This document shows positions 1 to 9,797 of a stretch of 64,000 bases of DNA, piece after piece. The stretch comes from an uncultured Gemmatimonadales bacterium (GTDB lineage: Bacteria > Gemmatimonadota > Gemmatimonadetes > Longimicrobiales > RSA9). The DNA lies in assembly GCA_963798845.1 (NCBI GenBank), contig CAWCUS010000006.1, positions 480,001-544,000 of the forward strand, read 5' to 3'. A program made the position numbers and the translations under genes. Each line of letters begins with the position of its first letter. Within the stretch, counting starts at the first letter, position 1. The notes beneath the pieces were generated by a model, which worked only from the letters and a program-made list of their open reading frames with translations, was not told the origin of the DNA and made no database searches.

Positions 1-255
1 TTCGATCAGCGCCTGAACCTGTCGAAGCAGGTGGCGGAGGAGGCGAAGGAGTACTTCGGGGACCGGGTCTACACCACGGTGATACCGCGGAACGTGCGGC
101 TGGCGGAGGCGCCCAGCTTCGGCAAGCCGATCGTGCTGTACGACATCCTTTCCGCCGGTGCCCAGGCGTACCTGGCGCTGGCGCGGGAGATCATGAGCCG
201 CGACCAGCGACGCTCAGCCGCCGGGCCGACGCGGGCCGCGGCGGCGGAATCCTGA
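1..255 (+). CDS. parA: ParA/Soj chromosome partitioning ATPase, C-terminal part (truncated by window edge)
   Basis: Frame 1 is open from base 1 (FDQRLNLSKQVAEE...). Contains the Soj C-terminal motif IPRNVRLAEAPSFGKP and lies directly upstream of parB. Confidence 0.93.
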   Translation, partial: FDQRLNLSKQVAEEAKEYFGDRVYTTVIPRNVRLAEAPSFGKPIVLYDILSAGAQAYLALAREIMSRDQRRSAAGPTRAAAAES

Positions 256-272
256 ACACCACGGAGCGGCCG

Positions 273-1166
273 ATGGCCAAGAAGGACCGGTTGGGCAAGG
301 GTCTCGGCGCCCTGCTGGGCGAGTACCTGGGCGACAGCACGGGGAGCTCCGAGGCGCGCACGGTTCCGGTGAGCGCCGTCCATCCCAACCCTTTCCAGCC
401 TCGCCGGGAGTTCAACGAGGAGGAGCTGGCGGAGCTGGCGACGTCGATCAAGGCGAACGGGCTGCTGCAGCCGATCGTGGTGCGGCCGGCCGGGAACCGG
501 CACGGCACCGACCGTTGGGAGCTGGTGGCGGGGGAGCGTCGCTGGCGGGCGGTCACGCGGCTGGGGTGGAAGGATGTCCCGGCGCTGGTCAGAGAAGTGG
601 ACGACCGGACCCTGCTGGTGCTCGCGCTGGTGGAGAACCTGCAGCGCACGGGGCTGAGCGCGATGGAGGAGGCGGAAGGCTACCACCAGCTCCAGGCGGA
701 GTTCGGGCTGACGCAGCAGGAAGTGGCAGCGGCAGTGGGCCGCGACCGCTCTACAGTCGCTAACACGTTGCGTCTCTTGCAGTTACCGGCTTCTGTCCGC
801 AGGATGGTCGAGGGGGGAGAGCTGAGCGCGGGGCACGCCCGGGCGCTGCTGGGTGCGCCGGACGTGCGGCGGATGGCGGAGCTGGCACGGCACGCGGTGG
901 AGCAGGGGTGGTCGGTGCGTGAGACCGAGACGCGGGTGCAGAAGGACCGGCCGCAGGGGCGCCGGCGCAAGGGGCGCGGGGAGGAGGACCCGGGGCAGCG
1001 GGAGCTGGAAGTGGCGCTGGAGCGGGCGCTGGGGACTCAGGTCCGGATCCGGCCGACCCGGGGGGGGAGCAAGGGGAGGATCGAGGTGTCGTATTACGAC
1101 GGGGAGGACTTCGAGCGGGTGTTCGAGCTGCTTGCGGGGCGGGCGGCGGTGGACGTGGTGTCCTGA
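273..1166 (+). CDS. parB: ParB/Spo0J chromosome partitioning protein
   Basis: N-terminal LGKGLGALL, NPFQPR, GLLQPIVVR, arginine patch AGERRWRA, ENLQR and HTH region (LTQQEVAAAVGRDRSTVANTLRLL). Confidence 0.97.
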   Translation: MAKKDRLGKGLGALLGEYLGDSTGSSEARTVPVSAVHPNPFQPRREFNEEELAELATSIKANGLLQPIVVRPAGNRHGTDRWELVAGERRWRAVTRLGWKDVPALVREVDDRTLLVLALVENLQRTGLSAMEEAEGYHQLQAEFGLTQQEVAAAVGRDRSTVANTLRLLQLPASVRRMVEGGELSAGHARALLGAPDVRRMAELARHAVEQGWSVRETETRVQKDRPQGRRRKGRGEEDPGQRELEVALERALGTQVRIRPTRGGSKGRIEVSYYDGEDFERVFELLAGRAAVDVVS

Positions 1167-1169
1167 CGC

Positions 1170-1943
1170 ATGGCGGACGACCGTCGCCTGTCGCTGATCG
1201 TGGTTCCGGACGGGGAGCTGGAGACCCGCACGTACGAGATCTCGTACCGGACGCTGAAGACGCTGCTCGTGGCGGGGGGTGTGCTGCTGGCGGTGTTCGT
1301 GGTCATGGTGGCCTCGTGGTGGTTCGTGGTCGCGCAGGCGGCGAGGGTGCGGGGGCTGGAGCAGCAGGTGGCCCGGCTGGAGGCGGAGCGCACGAAAGTG
1401 GCCGACCTGGCCCGGAGCCTGTCCGAGGCCGAGCAGCAGTACGAGCGGGTGCGGCAGCTTCTCGGCGTGGATGGCACGGGCGACGCGCGGGAGGTGGCCC
1501 TGCCCCCGCTGCGCGCGGACGGCCATGGGGCGGCCATGACGTCGGCCGAAGCGATGCGGCCCACCGCGTGGCCGCTGGCCGAGCCCGGCTTCATCACGCA
1601 GCGGCGACTGGACGCCGGTGATGGCCACGAGAGCCACCCCGGACTGGACATCGCCGTGCCGACGGACAGCTACATACGGGCCGCGGGCACGGGCACCGTG
1701 AAGGACGCGGGCACCGACGACGTCTACGGTCGTTATATTCTCATTGACCACGGAAACGGCCTGGAGTCCCTGTACGGCCACGCGTCCCGCGTGTTCGTCA
1801 CTGCGGGCGACACGGTGGAGAGGAGCCAGGTGATCGGCTTGAGCGGCTCGACAGGGCGCTCGACCGCGCCGCATTTCCACTTCGAGATCCGCAAGGACGG
1901 CGAACCGGTGGACCCGCTGGCGTACATCCGGCAGCCGTCCTGA
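1170..1943 (+). CDS. M23 family metallopeptidase with N-terminal TM helix and coiled coil
   Basis: HPGLD (HxxxD) and STAPHFHFE (HxH) zinc motifs, YGH motif, and an N-terminal hydrophobic segment followed by heptads. Confidence 0.92.
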   Translation: MADDRRLSLIVVPDGELETRTYEISYRTLKTLLVAGGVLLAVFVVMVASWWFVVAQAARVRGLEQQVARLEAERTKVADLARSLSEAEQQYERVRQLLGVDGTGDAREVALPPLRADGHGAAMTSAEAMRPTAWPLAEPGFITQRRLDAGDGHESHPGLDIAVPTDSYIRAAGTGTVKDAGTDDVYGRYILIDHGNGLESLYGHASRVFVTAGDTVERSQVIGLSGSTGRSTAPHFHFEIRKDGEPVDPLAYIRQPS

Positions 1944-1973
1944 CGTCTCTCAATTCAACTGGCGGTGGTGCTG

Positions 1974-2414
1974 ATGGCAAAGAACGAGATCGAAAACGCA
2001 ACGCAGCCCGGCCGGGAGGGGGTCATCTCCATCATCGGGCCCGGGATGCGCGTCGTGGGCGACTGCGACACCCAGGGCACCCTCCGGATCGAGGGCACCG
2101 TCGAGGGCAGCGTCCGCGCCGCCAAGGCCGTGGTGCTCGGCAAGGAGGGCGTCGTCGATGGGGACATCGCTACCCAGGACGCCGTCATCGGCGGACACGT
2201 GACCGGCACGATCACGGCCGAAAGCAGGCTCGAGCTCCAGGCCACCTGCGTGATCGAGGGCGAGATCCGCGCGCGCCGGATCAAGCTCGAAGAGGGCGGC
2301 AAGGTCAACGGCACCGTCCACATCGGCGAGCTGTCCGGGAGCGCTGCCGGGAACTACAGCGGTCGGTCCCGCGGAGCCTCCGAATCGGGGGAGCACGCCG
2401 TCAGCCGCGGCTGA
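1974..2414 (+). CDS. Bactofilin (polymer-forming cytoskeletal protein)
   Basis: SIIGPGMRVVGD...LRIEGTVEGSV...VIGGHVTGTI...IEGEI beta-helix repeats. The ATG at 1974 is preferred over the GTG at 1965. Confidence 0.92.
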   Translation: MAKNEIENATQPGREGVISIIGPGMRVVGDCDTQGTLRIEGTVEGSVRAAKAVVLGKEGVVDGDIATQDAVIGGHVTGTITAESRLELQATCVIEGEIRARRIKLEEGGKVNGTVHIGELSGSAAGNYSGRSRGASESGEHAVSRG

Positions 2415-2443
2415 CCTCCGGGCCCGCTCGCGGACCCCTCCTC

Positions 2444-2480
2444 GCGGCCCCGGCTCCCACGACCCGGGGCCGCACCCTTT
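2444..2480 (+). terminator. Possible hairpin terminator after bactofilin
   Basis: GCGGCCCCGG (2444-2453) pairs with CCGGGGCCGC (2464-2473) and is followed by ACCCTTT, a weak U-tract. Confidence 0.35.
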
Positions 2481-2508
2481 CGGGCTCGCGCGGGTGCGTT
2501 CACGGAAA

Positions 2509-2616
2509 TTGTCCACAAATTCGCGGTTTAACCTAAGCCACTGCAGTAGAACGACTTAACGCGTTTCCGCTCCGACTCAACATCGGGGTGTGGACAAAAG
2601 AGCGGAGTTATCCACA
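2509..2616. promoter_or_regulatory. DnaA-box cluster, candidate replication origin (oriC)
   Basis: TTGTCCACA at 2509-2517, TGTGGACAA (reverse box) at 2589-2597 and a perfect TTATCCACA at 2608-2616, in a locally AT-richer intergenic segment next to parAB. Confidence 0.7.
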
Positions 2617-2634
2617 GGGGAGGGAGGGGGCCGG

Positions 2635-3394
2635 ATGGGCGCAGCGCTCGCGGAAGTCGTTGCATATCTGGACCGGTATCTGGCGATCGCGGAGATCCCG
2701 GACCACCGGAACGCGCTGAACGGGCTGCAGGTGGAATCGGCCGGCGAGGTGACGCGGGTGGCGGGTGCGGTGGACGCGTCGTCGGCGTCGATCGCGGCGG
2801 CGTTGGAATCGGGCTGCGACCTGCTGCTGGTGCACCACGGGCTGTTCTGGGATGGGAACCTCCCGGTGACGGGGCGCCGCCACCGTCGGCTGAAGGCGGC
2901 GCTCGAGGGAGGGCTGGCGGTATACAGCGCGCACCTGCCGCTGGACCTGCATCCGGAGGTGGGGAACAACGCGCTTCTCGCGCGTGCGCTGGGGTTGAGG
3001 GTCCAGGGCCGGTTCGGCTCCTACGAGGGGATGAAGCTCGGGGTACGGGGGGAGTGGGAGGGGTCGCGGGAGTTTCTCCTGGAGACGCTGCGCGAGCTGC
3101 TGGGCGGTCCGGTACACCTGATTCCCGGTGGACCGGAGCGGATCCGCGCAGGTCGGGGTGCTGACGGGCGGCGGTGGGAGCTACGCCAGCGAGGCGTCGG
3201 AGGCGGGGCTGGATGCGCTGGTGACGGGGGAAGGCTCGCACCATACCTACTTCGATGCCTCCGAAGGAGGGCTGAACCTGTACTACGGCGGCCACTACGC
3301 CACGGAGACGTGGGGTGTGCGTGCGCTCGCCGAGCACGTGGGCAAGCGGTACGGGCTGGAGTGGGAGTTCCTGGATCAGCCCACGGGGCTGTAG
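2635..3394 (+). CDS. Nif3/YbgI-like dinuclear metal centre protein (frameshift near 3148)
   Basis: NGLQV, LLLVHHGLFW and YSAHLPLDLHPEVGNN in one frame. The C-terminal VTGE...GGHYATETWGV is in the 3128..3394 frame. Confidence 0.88.
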
Positions 3395-3395
3395 C

Positions 3396-5027
3396 TCAAC
3401 GGGTCCGGGGCCGAGGGGCGTAGCGTGCCCCCGGGCTCCAGGCAGGGCGGCCGGGGGCCATGGCGACGTCGTAGCCGATGCCGAAGAGGAGCCGGGCCTG
3501 CTGGACGGCGCCGTCCAGGTTGAAGGCGGCGTCGTACTGGTCGGACGGCTTGTGATAGCGCCTCGCCAGGTACTCGTTCAGCGCGTTCTCGCCCCAGCCG
3601 ACGGGTCGGCCGCGGAAATGGAGCCCATGCTGTAGGAAGAGGGCCGGGATGCCCGCGCGGGCGAACGGGAACTGGTCGGAGCGGAAGAAGGCGCCGTTTT
3701 CGGGAGCGGGATCGGGGCTCACGATCATGCCGGCCTCCTGCGCGCGCCTGACCACGACCTCGCCGAGGGTGGAGCTGCCGGCGCCGAGGGCGATGACGTC
3801 GTCCGTCTCGCCCCAGATGCTGGCGCCGTCGGTGTTGATCTCGGCGACGGTGCGGGCGAGCGGCACGAGGGGGTGTCTGGTGTAGTACGTGCTCCCTAGG
3901 AGTCCCGGCTCCTCCGCTGCCGTGGCCATGAACAGGAGGCCGCGGCGGGGGTGGGGCTCGAGCCTGGAGAACGCCCTCGCCACCTCGATGAGCACGGCCA
4001 CTCCGCTCGCGTTGTCGTATGCGCCGTTGTAAATGGAGTCGCCGGTCGCGTCGGGGGCGCCCACGCCGAGGTGGTCGTAGTGTGAGGTGAGGAGAACCAC
4101 GTCGTCGCTCGGGGCATCACCGCCGCCGGGGAGGCGTCCTACCACGTTGCGGGTCTGGAGCCGTCGGGTGCGTGTCTCGAGCCGCGAGCGGACCCTGATG
4201 CCAGTGGCGAGGGGGCGGAAGTCGCGCCGGGCGGCGCGGACGTAGAGCTCGTCCAGGCTCAGGCCGCCGGCCGCGAAAACGCGTTCGGCCAGCTCGGCGG
4301 ACAGCCAACCCTGCAGGAGGACGGGCGCGCCGTTGCTTCCGTCGTCGAGGAGGAACTGCTCGCCGGTCCACGATGTCTGCACCACGTCCCAGCCGTAGCC
4401 TGCGGTTTCGGGGGCGTGGATCAGGAGGGCGCCCGCGGCCCCGTGTCGACGTGCTTCCTCCAGCTTGTACGTGTAGCGGCCGTAATAGGTAAGGGCCCGT
4501 CCATCGAAGATGTCGGGCTCTTCGGGCGGGGCGGGCGGGTCGCCGACGAGGAAGACGAGCACCTTGCCGCGCAGGTCGCGGCCCTTGAAGTCATCCCAGC
4601 GCCACTCCGGCGCCTCGATCCCGTACCCGACGAACACCAGCTCGCCGTCCACCTGTACGCTGCGGGTCGGCGCCCCGGCCCAGACCACCGCCTGCTCGGG
4701 CACCTCCGCGGCGATGCGGTTGCCATCGGCCTGGAACGCGAGCGACAGGGTGGCCGGATCGGTGGTGATGCCGACCAGCGGGACGTCCTGGAAGTAGCTG
4801 CCGTTCACCGGCTGAAGGCCCATCCCCATGAACGCGGAGGCGACGTAGTCGCCGGCCAGGCGGCCTCCACGCGTCCCGGGCGCCCGACCGCGCAGCGCGT
4901 CCAGCGAGAGGAAGTAGAGGTGCGAGCGGATGCGTTCGGCGCCGATGCCGTCGCGGGCTTCCTGGAACCCGACGCCGGCGGTCGTCGCCGCGAGGGCCAT
5001 GAGCAGAATGCGTGCGATCCGATGCAT
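3396..5027 (-). CDS. M28 family peptidase with PA domain, signal peptide
   Basis: SHYDHLG, NGAYDNASG, AEE, RSDQFPF and YHKPSD motifs. Likely start MHRIARILL at 5027. Confidence 0.92.
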   Translation of the reverse strand: MHRIARILLMALAATTAGVGFQEARDGIGAERIRSHLYFLSLDALRGRAPGTRGGRLAGDYVASAFMGMGLQPVNGSYFQDVPLVGITTDPATLSLAFQADGNRIAAEVPEQAVVWAGAPTRSVQVDGELVFVGYGIEAPEWRWDDFKGRDLRGKVLVFLVGDPPAPPEEPDIFDGRALTYYGRYTYKLEEARRHGAAGALLIHAPETAGYGWDVVQTSWTGEQFLLDDGSNGAPVLLQGWLSAELAERVFAAGGLSLDELYVRAARRDFRPLATGIRVRSRLETRTRRLQTRNVVGRLPGGGDAPSDDVVLLTSHYDHLGVGAPDATGDSIYNGAYDNASGVAVLIEVARAFSRLEPHPRRGLLFMATAAEEPGLLGSTYYTRHPLVPLARTVAEINTDGASIWGETDDVIALGAGSSTLGEVVVRRAQEAGMIVSPDPAPENGAFFRSDQFPFARAGIPALFLQHGLHFRGRPVGWGENALNEYLARRYHKPSDQYDAAFNLDGAVQQARLLFGIGYDVAMAPGRPAWSPGARYAPRPRTR

Positions 5028-5211
5028 ATGCGGGCCGCGTCTCGCCGCCAGGCGGAATGCTCGGCCAGCGAGTCGTCGTAGCTCGGGTGCGCGGGGATTG
5101 ACCTCGTACGTATAGGCCGCGGGCGGAAAACCGCAAGCTCCGGCCGGGCAGGGTGGCGACGCGGTCATCGGGCCGCGTATTGTTCGCGGTCATTCCCCGT
5201 TCCATCGAGCC

Positions 5212-7872
5212 ATGCACACGACGACGATCCGCGGCCGCGCCGCCCGCCTCACGACCCTCGCGGCGCTGGCCATGGCCGCGATCACGAGCCATGCATCTGC
5301 CCAGCAGCGCACGGGGCCGGAGCCGCCACCGCTCGAGCTGCCGGCCTGGGAGACCGGGAATTCGTTCGCGGACATACCGCATCCGAAAGAAACGTTCGGC
5401 TTCGAGCCCGGCACCGACTACAAGCTCGCCACAAACGCCCAGATCGTGGAGTACTTCGAGCGGCTCGACTCGGCGAGCGACCGGGTCAGGGTGGTGGAAA
5501 TCGGGCGATCCGTGCTCGGCCGGCCCATGCTCCTGGCGTTCATCTCGAGCGCGGAGAACATCGCGCGCCTCGACGATTCCCGCGCCATAGCCGAAGCGCT
5601 GGCGCGCGGGCGGGTGGACGAAGCGGCCGCGAAGGAGATGGCGGCATCCGGGAAGGCCGTGGTCTGGATCGACGGCGGGCTGCACGCCACGGAAGTGGCC
5701 GGGGCGCAGCACACGCCGCTGCTCGCCTACCGCGTGGCCGGGGAGGAAACGGAGGAGATGCGTCGCATCCGGGACTCCGTGGTCCTGCTCCTCATGCCGG
5801 TCATGAACCCGGACGGGCTGGACATCGTGGCGGAATGGACCGCGCGCAGTCTCGGCACGCCCTGGGAGGGGAGCAGTCCCCCGGTGCTCTACCACGTTTA
5901 CGCCGGCCACGACAACAACCGCGACTGGTACATGATGACGCAGCCGGAAACGCGGGCCGTGGCCGACGTCCTGTACAACCAGTGGTACCCGCAGGTGGTC
6001 TACAACCAGCACCAGAGCGCGCCATGGCCGGCGCGGATCTTCATCCCGCCGTTCTCAGACCCCGTCAACCCGCGGATCCCTCCTCTGGTGGTGCGGGGCG
6101 TGAACCTCATGGGCACGGCCATGGGCGAGCGTTTCAGCGAGGAGGCGAAGCCGGGCGCGATCTCGCAGACGAGCTTCGACATGTGGTGGAACGGCGGCAT
6201 GCGCACCGCGCCCTATTTCCACAACATGATCGGCATCCTCACCGAGACCGCGCACGCGTCGGCCTCTCCCCGCTACACGGCGCCGGGGAGCCTGCCGGCG
6301 TACATCGGCACGATCCCGGCACGGGCCCCGAGCGTGTTCTACCCGGACCCGTGGGCGGGTGGCTGGTTCCGGCTGCGGGACGCGATGGAATACATGCTGA
6401 CGGGGGACATGGCCGTGCTGACGGCGGCCGTGCGGCGGCGCCGGGAGCTGCTGTTCGACACCTGGCGGATGGCGCGGGCATCGCTGGAAGCGGGTGCGGC
6501 CGGGGACCCGTTCGCCTACATCATCCCGCCCGATCAGCGGAACCCGCGGGAGGCGGCAGCGCTGGGCGAGCTGCTGCGGCGAGGCGGGGTGGAGGTGGAG
6601 CGAGCGGCGGGAGCGTTCCGGGCAGGCGGCGAGCGGTACCCGGCCGGGAGCCTGGTGGTGCGTGCGTCGCAGGCGTTCCGCCCGGACGTGCTGGACCTGA
6701 TGGAGAAGCAGGTCTATCCGGACCTGCGTCAGTATCCGGACGGCCCGCCCGACGTCCCGTACGACGTCTCCGGCTGGACGCTGCCGCTCCAGATGGACGT
6801 TCGGGTGGACCGGGTCGACGAGCCGTTCGAGGCGGCGGGGCTGGAGGCGGTGACCGGCGTCGAGGTGGCGGTGTGGCCGGGTCGGGTGACGGGGAAGGGT
6901 GGGTGGGGATGGGCCCTCGCCGCGCACGCCAACGCGGCCGCGATCGCAGTGAATCGGCTGCTGGGGGACGGTGCGCGCGTGGACGTGGCGCCGGCCGGCG
7001 TGCTCGCGGGCGACACGGAGATGGATCGCGGCGCGTTCGTGATCCGGGGTGCGGACGCGGTGCGGCTGCAGGGGCTGGCATCGGAGCTGGGGGTGGATTT
7101 CGTCGGCATGAGCCGGGCACCGCGTGGCGAGCTGCGGCCGCTGCACGCTCCGCGGGTGGGGATCTACAAGTCGTGGCGGGCCACGTCGGACGAGGGGTGG
7201 ACGCGCTGGGTGCTGGAACGGTACGGGTTCCAGCCGGATACGCTGCACGACGCCGACATCCGGACGGCCGACCTGTCGGGATACGACGCCATCATCCTCC
7301 CGAGCCAGCGGCCGTCGGACATCATGCACGGCAACCCGCCAGGCACGCGCCCGGCGGAGCTCACGGGGGGCATCGGGCTCGACGGCGTCGCCCGGCTCCA
7401 GGAATACGTGCGTGCGGGCGGACGGCTGATCGCGTTCGACGAGGCCGCCGAGCTCGCCATCCAGCAGTTCGGCCTGCCGCTGCGCAACACCGTGGCCGGG
7501 CTGCCCCCGGAGGAGTTCTTCGTGCCGGGCGCGCTGGTGCGGATCGAGCTGGCGGACGATCCGCTCACGTACGGCATGCCGGAAGAGGCCGCCGCGTTCT
7601 TCGACCGGGGCTCCGCCTTCGCCAGCACCCGGTCGGGCGCGGATGTCGAGATGGCGGCCACGTACGCGGAGGAGGACCTGCTGGCGAGCGGATGGGCGCT
7701 GGGCGGCGATCGCCATCTCGGGGGTGGCGGGGCGCTGGCCCGGGTTCCGCTGGGGAGCGGCGACGTGGTGGTCTTCGGGTTCCGTCCCCAGTTCCGGGGA
7801 CAGCCGCGCGGCACGTTCAAGCTGATCTTCAACGCGCTGTTCGACGCGGCGTCGAGCGCCCCGGCGGAATGA
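5212..7872 (+). CDS. M14 zinc carboxypeptidase family protein, secreted
   Basis: Signal peptide, GGLHATE (HxxE), NPDG and DNNRDW, with a C-terminal glutamine-amidotransferase-like domain. Confidence 0.9.
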   Translation: MHTTTIRGRAARLTTLAALAMAAITSHASAQQRTGPEPPPLELPAWETGNSFADIPHPKETFGFEPGTDYKLATNAQIVEYFERLDSASDRVRVVEIGRSVLGRPMLLAFISSAENIARLDDSRAIAEALARGRVDEAAAKEMAASGKAVVWIDGGLHATEVAGAQHTPLLAYRVAGEETEEMRRIRDSVVLLLMPVMNPDGLDIVAEWTARSLGTPWEGSSPPVLYHVYAGHDNNRDWYMMTQPETRAVADVLYNQWYPQVVYNQHQSAPWPARIFIPPFSDPVNPRIPPLVVRGVNLMGTAMGERFSEEAKPGAISQTSFDMWWNGGMRTAPYFHNMIGILTETAHASASPRYTAPGSLPAYIGTIPARAPSVFYPDPWAGGWFRLRDAMEYMLTGDMAVLTAAVRRRRELLFDTWRMARASLEAGAAGDPFAYIIPPDQRNPREAAALGELLRRGGVEVERAAGAFRAGGERYPAGSLVVRASQAFRPDVLDLMEKQVYPDLRQYPDGPPDVPYDVSGWTLPLQMDVRVDRVDEPFEAAGLEAVTGVEVAVWPGRVTGKGGWGWALAAHANAAAIAVNRLLGDGARVDVAPAGVLAGDTEMDRGAFVIRGADAVRLQGLASELGVDFVGMSRAPRGELRPLHAPRVGIYKSWRATSDEGWTRWVLERYGFQPDTLHDADIRTADLSGYDAIILPSQRPSDIMHGNPPGTRPAELTGGIGLDGVARLQEYVRAGGRLIAFDEAAELAIQQFGLPLRNTVAGLPPEEFFVPGALVRIELADDPLTYGMPEEAAAFFDRGSAFASTRSGADVEMAATYAEEDLLASGWALGGDRHLGGGGALARVPLGSGDVVVFGFRPQFRGQPRGTFKLIFNALFDAASSAPAE

Positions 7873-7900
7873 CCGGCCGGGCCCCGGGCTGGACCCGGGC

Positions 7901-8674
7901 TCAGCTTTCGCCGAGGAAGGCGAGGGCGTCCTTGCGGTAGAGCTCGAGCATGGCCTGGTGCTCGACGTACTCGGGGCGCGGCTTGGCCGACTCCCGGGGG
8001 TAGGCGTCGACGATGCGGCGGTAGTACGTGCGGGCGTCGGTGGAGTCTCCCCGGGCGGCGGCGGCCTCGGCCTTCACCCCGAGGCCGAGGATGTGGTCGG
8101 GGTCCTGCTGCAGCAGGCGATCGGCCGTAGCCGTCGCCTGGGCGAAGTCACCCGCGGTGAGATGCAGGATCGCGAGGTGGTAGACGCCGTCGGGGTCCAG
8201 GTCGTCCACCATGCCGTACGCCTGGATGGCCATGGGCATGAACTGCTGCACCTCCGCCTCGTTCCCCGTCTCCGCTGCCGTCATGATCCGGTTGAACAGC
8301 CGGTCCGCGTTCACCCGCATGTCGCCGCTCAACACCCCCATCCCGGGCGCTCCCGCCCCACCCGCGCTCGCTTCCCCCTCACCGGCGGCCGCGAACGGCG
8401 CCGCGGCCGCGCCCGGCTGCGTCGGCCCGGCCCGCTGCGTCTGCCTGGGGACGAGGAACACCAGCGCGACGACGAAGACCGCCGCGGCCGCGATGACCCA
8501 TCCCGCCCGGGACCGGCCGCCGCCCCTTCGGAGGCGAGTGCCGCACTGGGTGCAGAATTCCGCGCCGCCCGGCACCGCGGCCTTGCACGACGGGCACGTG
8601 ATGTCGAGCGGGGCGCCACATTCGGCGCAGAAGTTCCCACTCTGGTCCGGAGCGTTGCAGTTCGGGCAGGTCAT
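7901..8674 (-). CDS. Double zinc-ribbon, TM and TPR-like protein
   Basis: MTCPNC...FCAECG...CPSC...FCTQCG, a hydrophobic helix, then helical TPR-like repeats. Confidence 0.8.
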   Translation of the reverse strand: MTCPNCNAPDQSGNFCAECGAPLDITCPSCKAAVPGGAEFCTQCGTRLRRGGGRSRAGWVIAAAAVFVVALVFLVPRQTQRAGPTQPGAAAAPFAAAGEGEASAGGAGAPGMGVLSGDMRVNADRLFNRIMTAAETGNEAEVQQFMPMAIQAYGMVDDLDPDGVYHLAILHLTAGDFAQATATADRLLQQDPDHILGLGVKAEAAAARGDSTDARTYYRRIVDAYPRESAKPRPEYVEHQAMLELYRKDALAFLGES

Positions 8675-8798
8675 GGGAGGCAAGATAACAGCGCCGGTGG
8701 AGGGTGTGGAGAGGGGAAGCGGGTGGCGGCCGACAGTCCACCGCCGGTAGGTTCCCGGCCGGGGTACCGGCGGAGGCTGGTGGAAGGAGCGCAGGGGT

Positions 8799-9797
8799 CT
8801 GAAAGTCTTCATCACCGGGGCGACCGGGCTGATCGGCTCGCACGTGGCCGGGCGGCTGCGTGCCCGGGGCGACGACGTGGTGGCGCTGGTGCGGGAGACG
8901 AGCGACGCCGGATACCTGTCGCGGCTGGGGTGCCGCCTGTTCACCGGCGACGCGCTCGACCCTCCGGAGCGCACGGCCGGGGGGATGGCCGGGTGCGACG
9001 CGGTCGTCCACGCGGCGGCCCGCGTCTTCCAGAAGGCTTCGCGGGACGCGTACGTGCGGTCGAACGTCGCGGGCACCGAGCGCGTGCTCTCGGCCGCGTC
9101 GCTGGAATGCCCGCGGGTGGTGCACCTGTCGAGCGTGGCGGTGTACGCCGGGCTGACCATGGACCGGCCGCAGACGGAAGACCGATGGACGATGGCCGAT
9201 CCGGCGGAGCAGGGGTCGTACGCGGCGTCGAAGCACCTGTCGGAGCAGGCGGCCTGGCGGCTGCACGATGCCGGCGACATCCGGCTGACGACGGTCCGGC
9301 CGAGCGTGGTCTACGGTGAGCGCGACCGTTCGGCCACCCCGGTCCTCGTCCGCTGGATCCACCTCCCGGTGGTCCCGCTTCCAGGTGGCGGGAGAACCAC
9401 GCTGCCGCTGGTGTACGCGGGCAACGTGGCGGCGGGCGCGGTGGCGGCATTGGACCGGGCCGTGGCCATCGGCCGGGCGTACAATCTCGCGATGGACCGG
9501 CCGATCACCGCCGCACAGCTGGCGCAGCGCATGGCGGAGGGGCTGGGGCTGCGCCCACGCACGCTGCGGATCCCGGCCGGGGCCACCAGGGCGCTGGCAG
9601 CGGCGCTGCGGACCGCGGCGCCGCTGCTTCCGCACGGCAGAGTGACGGACCTCATCCGGGGTGCGCGGTCGCTCTCGCAGGACAACCCTTACCCGGCCGA
9701 CCGGGCGCGGGCCGAGCTGGACTGGACGGCGCTGGTCCCTCACGAAGAGGGGATCCGCCGTACAATGGTGTGGTGGCGGAGCAAGGAGAGGCAATGA
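8799..9797 (+). CDS. NAD-dependent epimerase/dehydratase (extended SDR); start uncertain
   Basis: The frame extends upstream of the listed ORF to LKVFITGATGLIGSH. Also has SS and YAASK catalytic motifs and RPSVVYG. Confidence 0.88.
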   Translation: MKVFITGATGLIGSHVAGRLRARGDDVVALVRETSDAGYLSRLGCRLFTGDALDPPERTAGGMAGCDAVVHAAARVFQKASRDAYVRSNVAGTERVLSAASLECPRVVHLSSVAVYAGLTMDRPQTEDRWTMADPAEQGSYAASKHLSEQAAWRLHDAGDIRLTTVRPSVVYGERDRSATPVLVRWIHLPVVPLPGGGRTTLPLVYAGNVAAGAVAALDRAVAIGRAYNLAMDRPITAAQLAQRMAEGLGLRPRTLRIPAGATRALAAALRTAAPLLPHGRVTDLIRGARSLSQDNPYPADRARAELDWTALVPHEEGIRRTMVWWRSKERQ

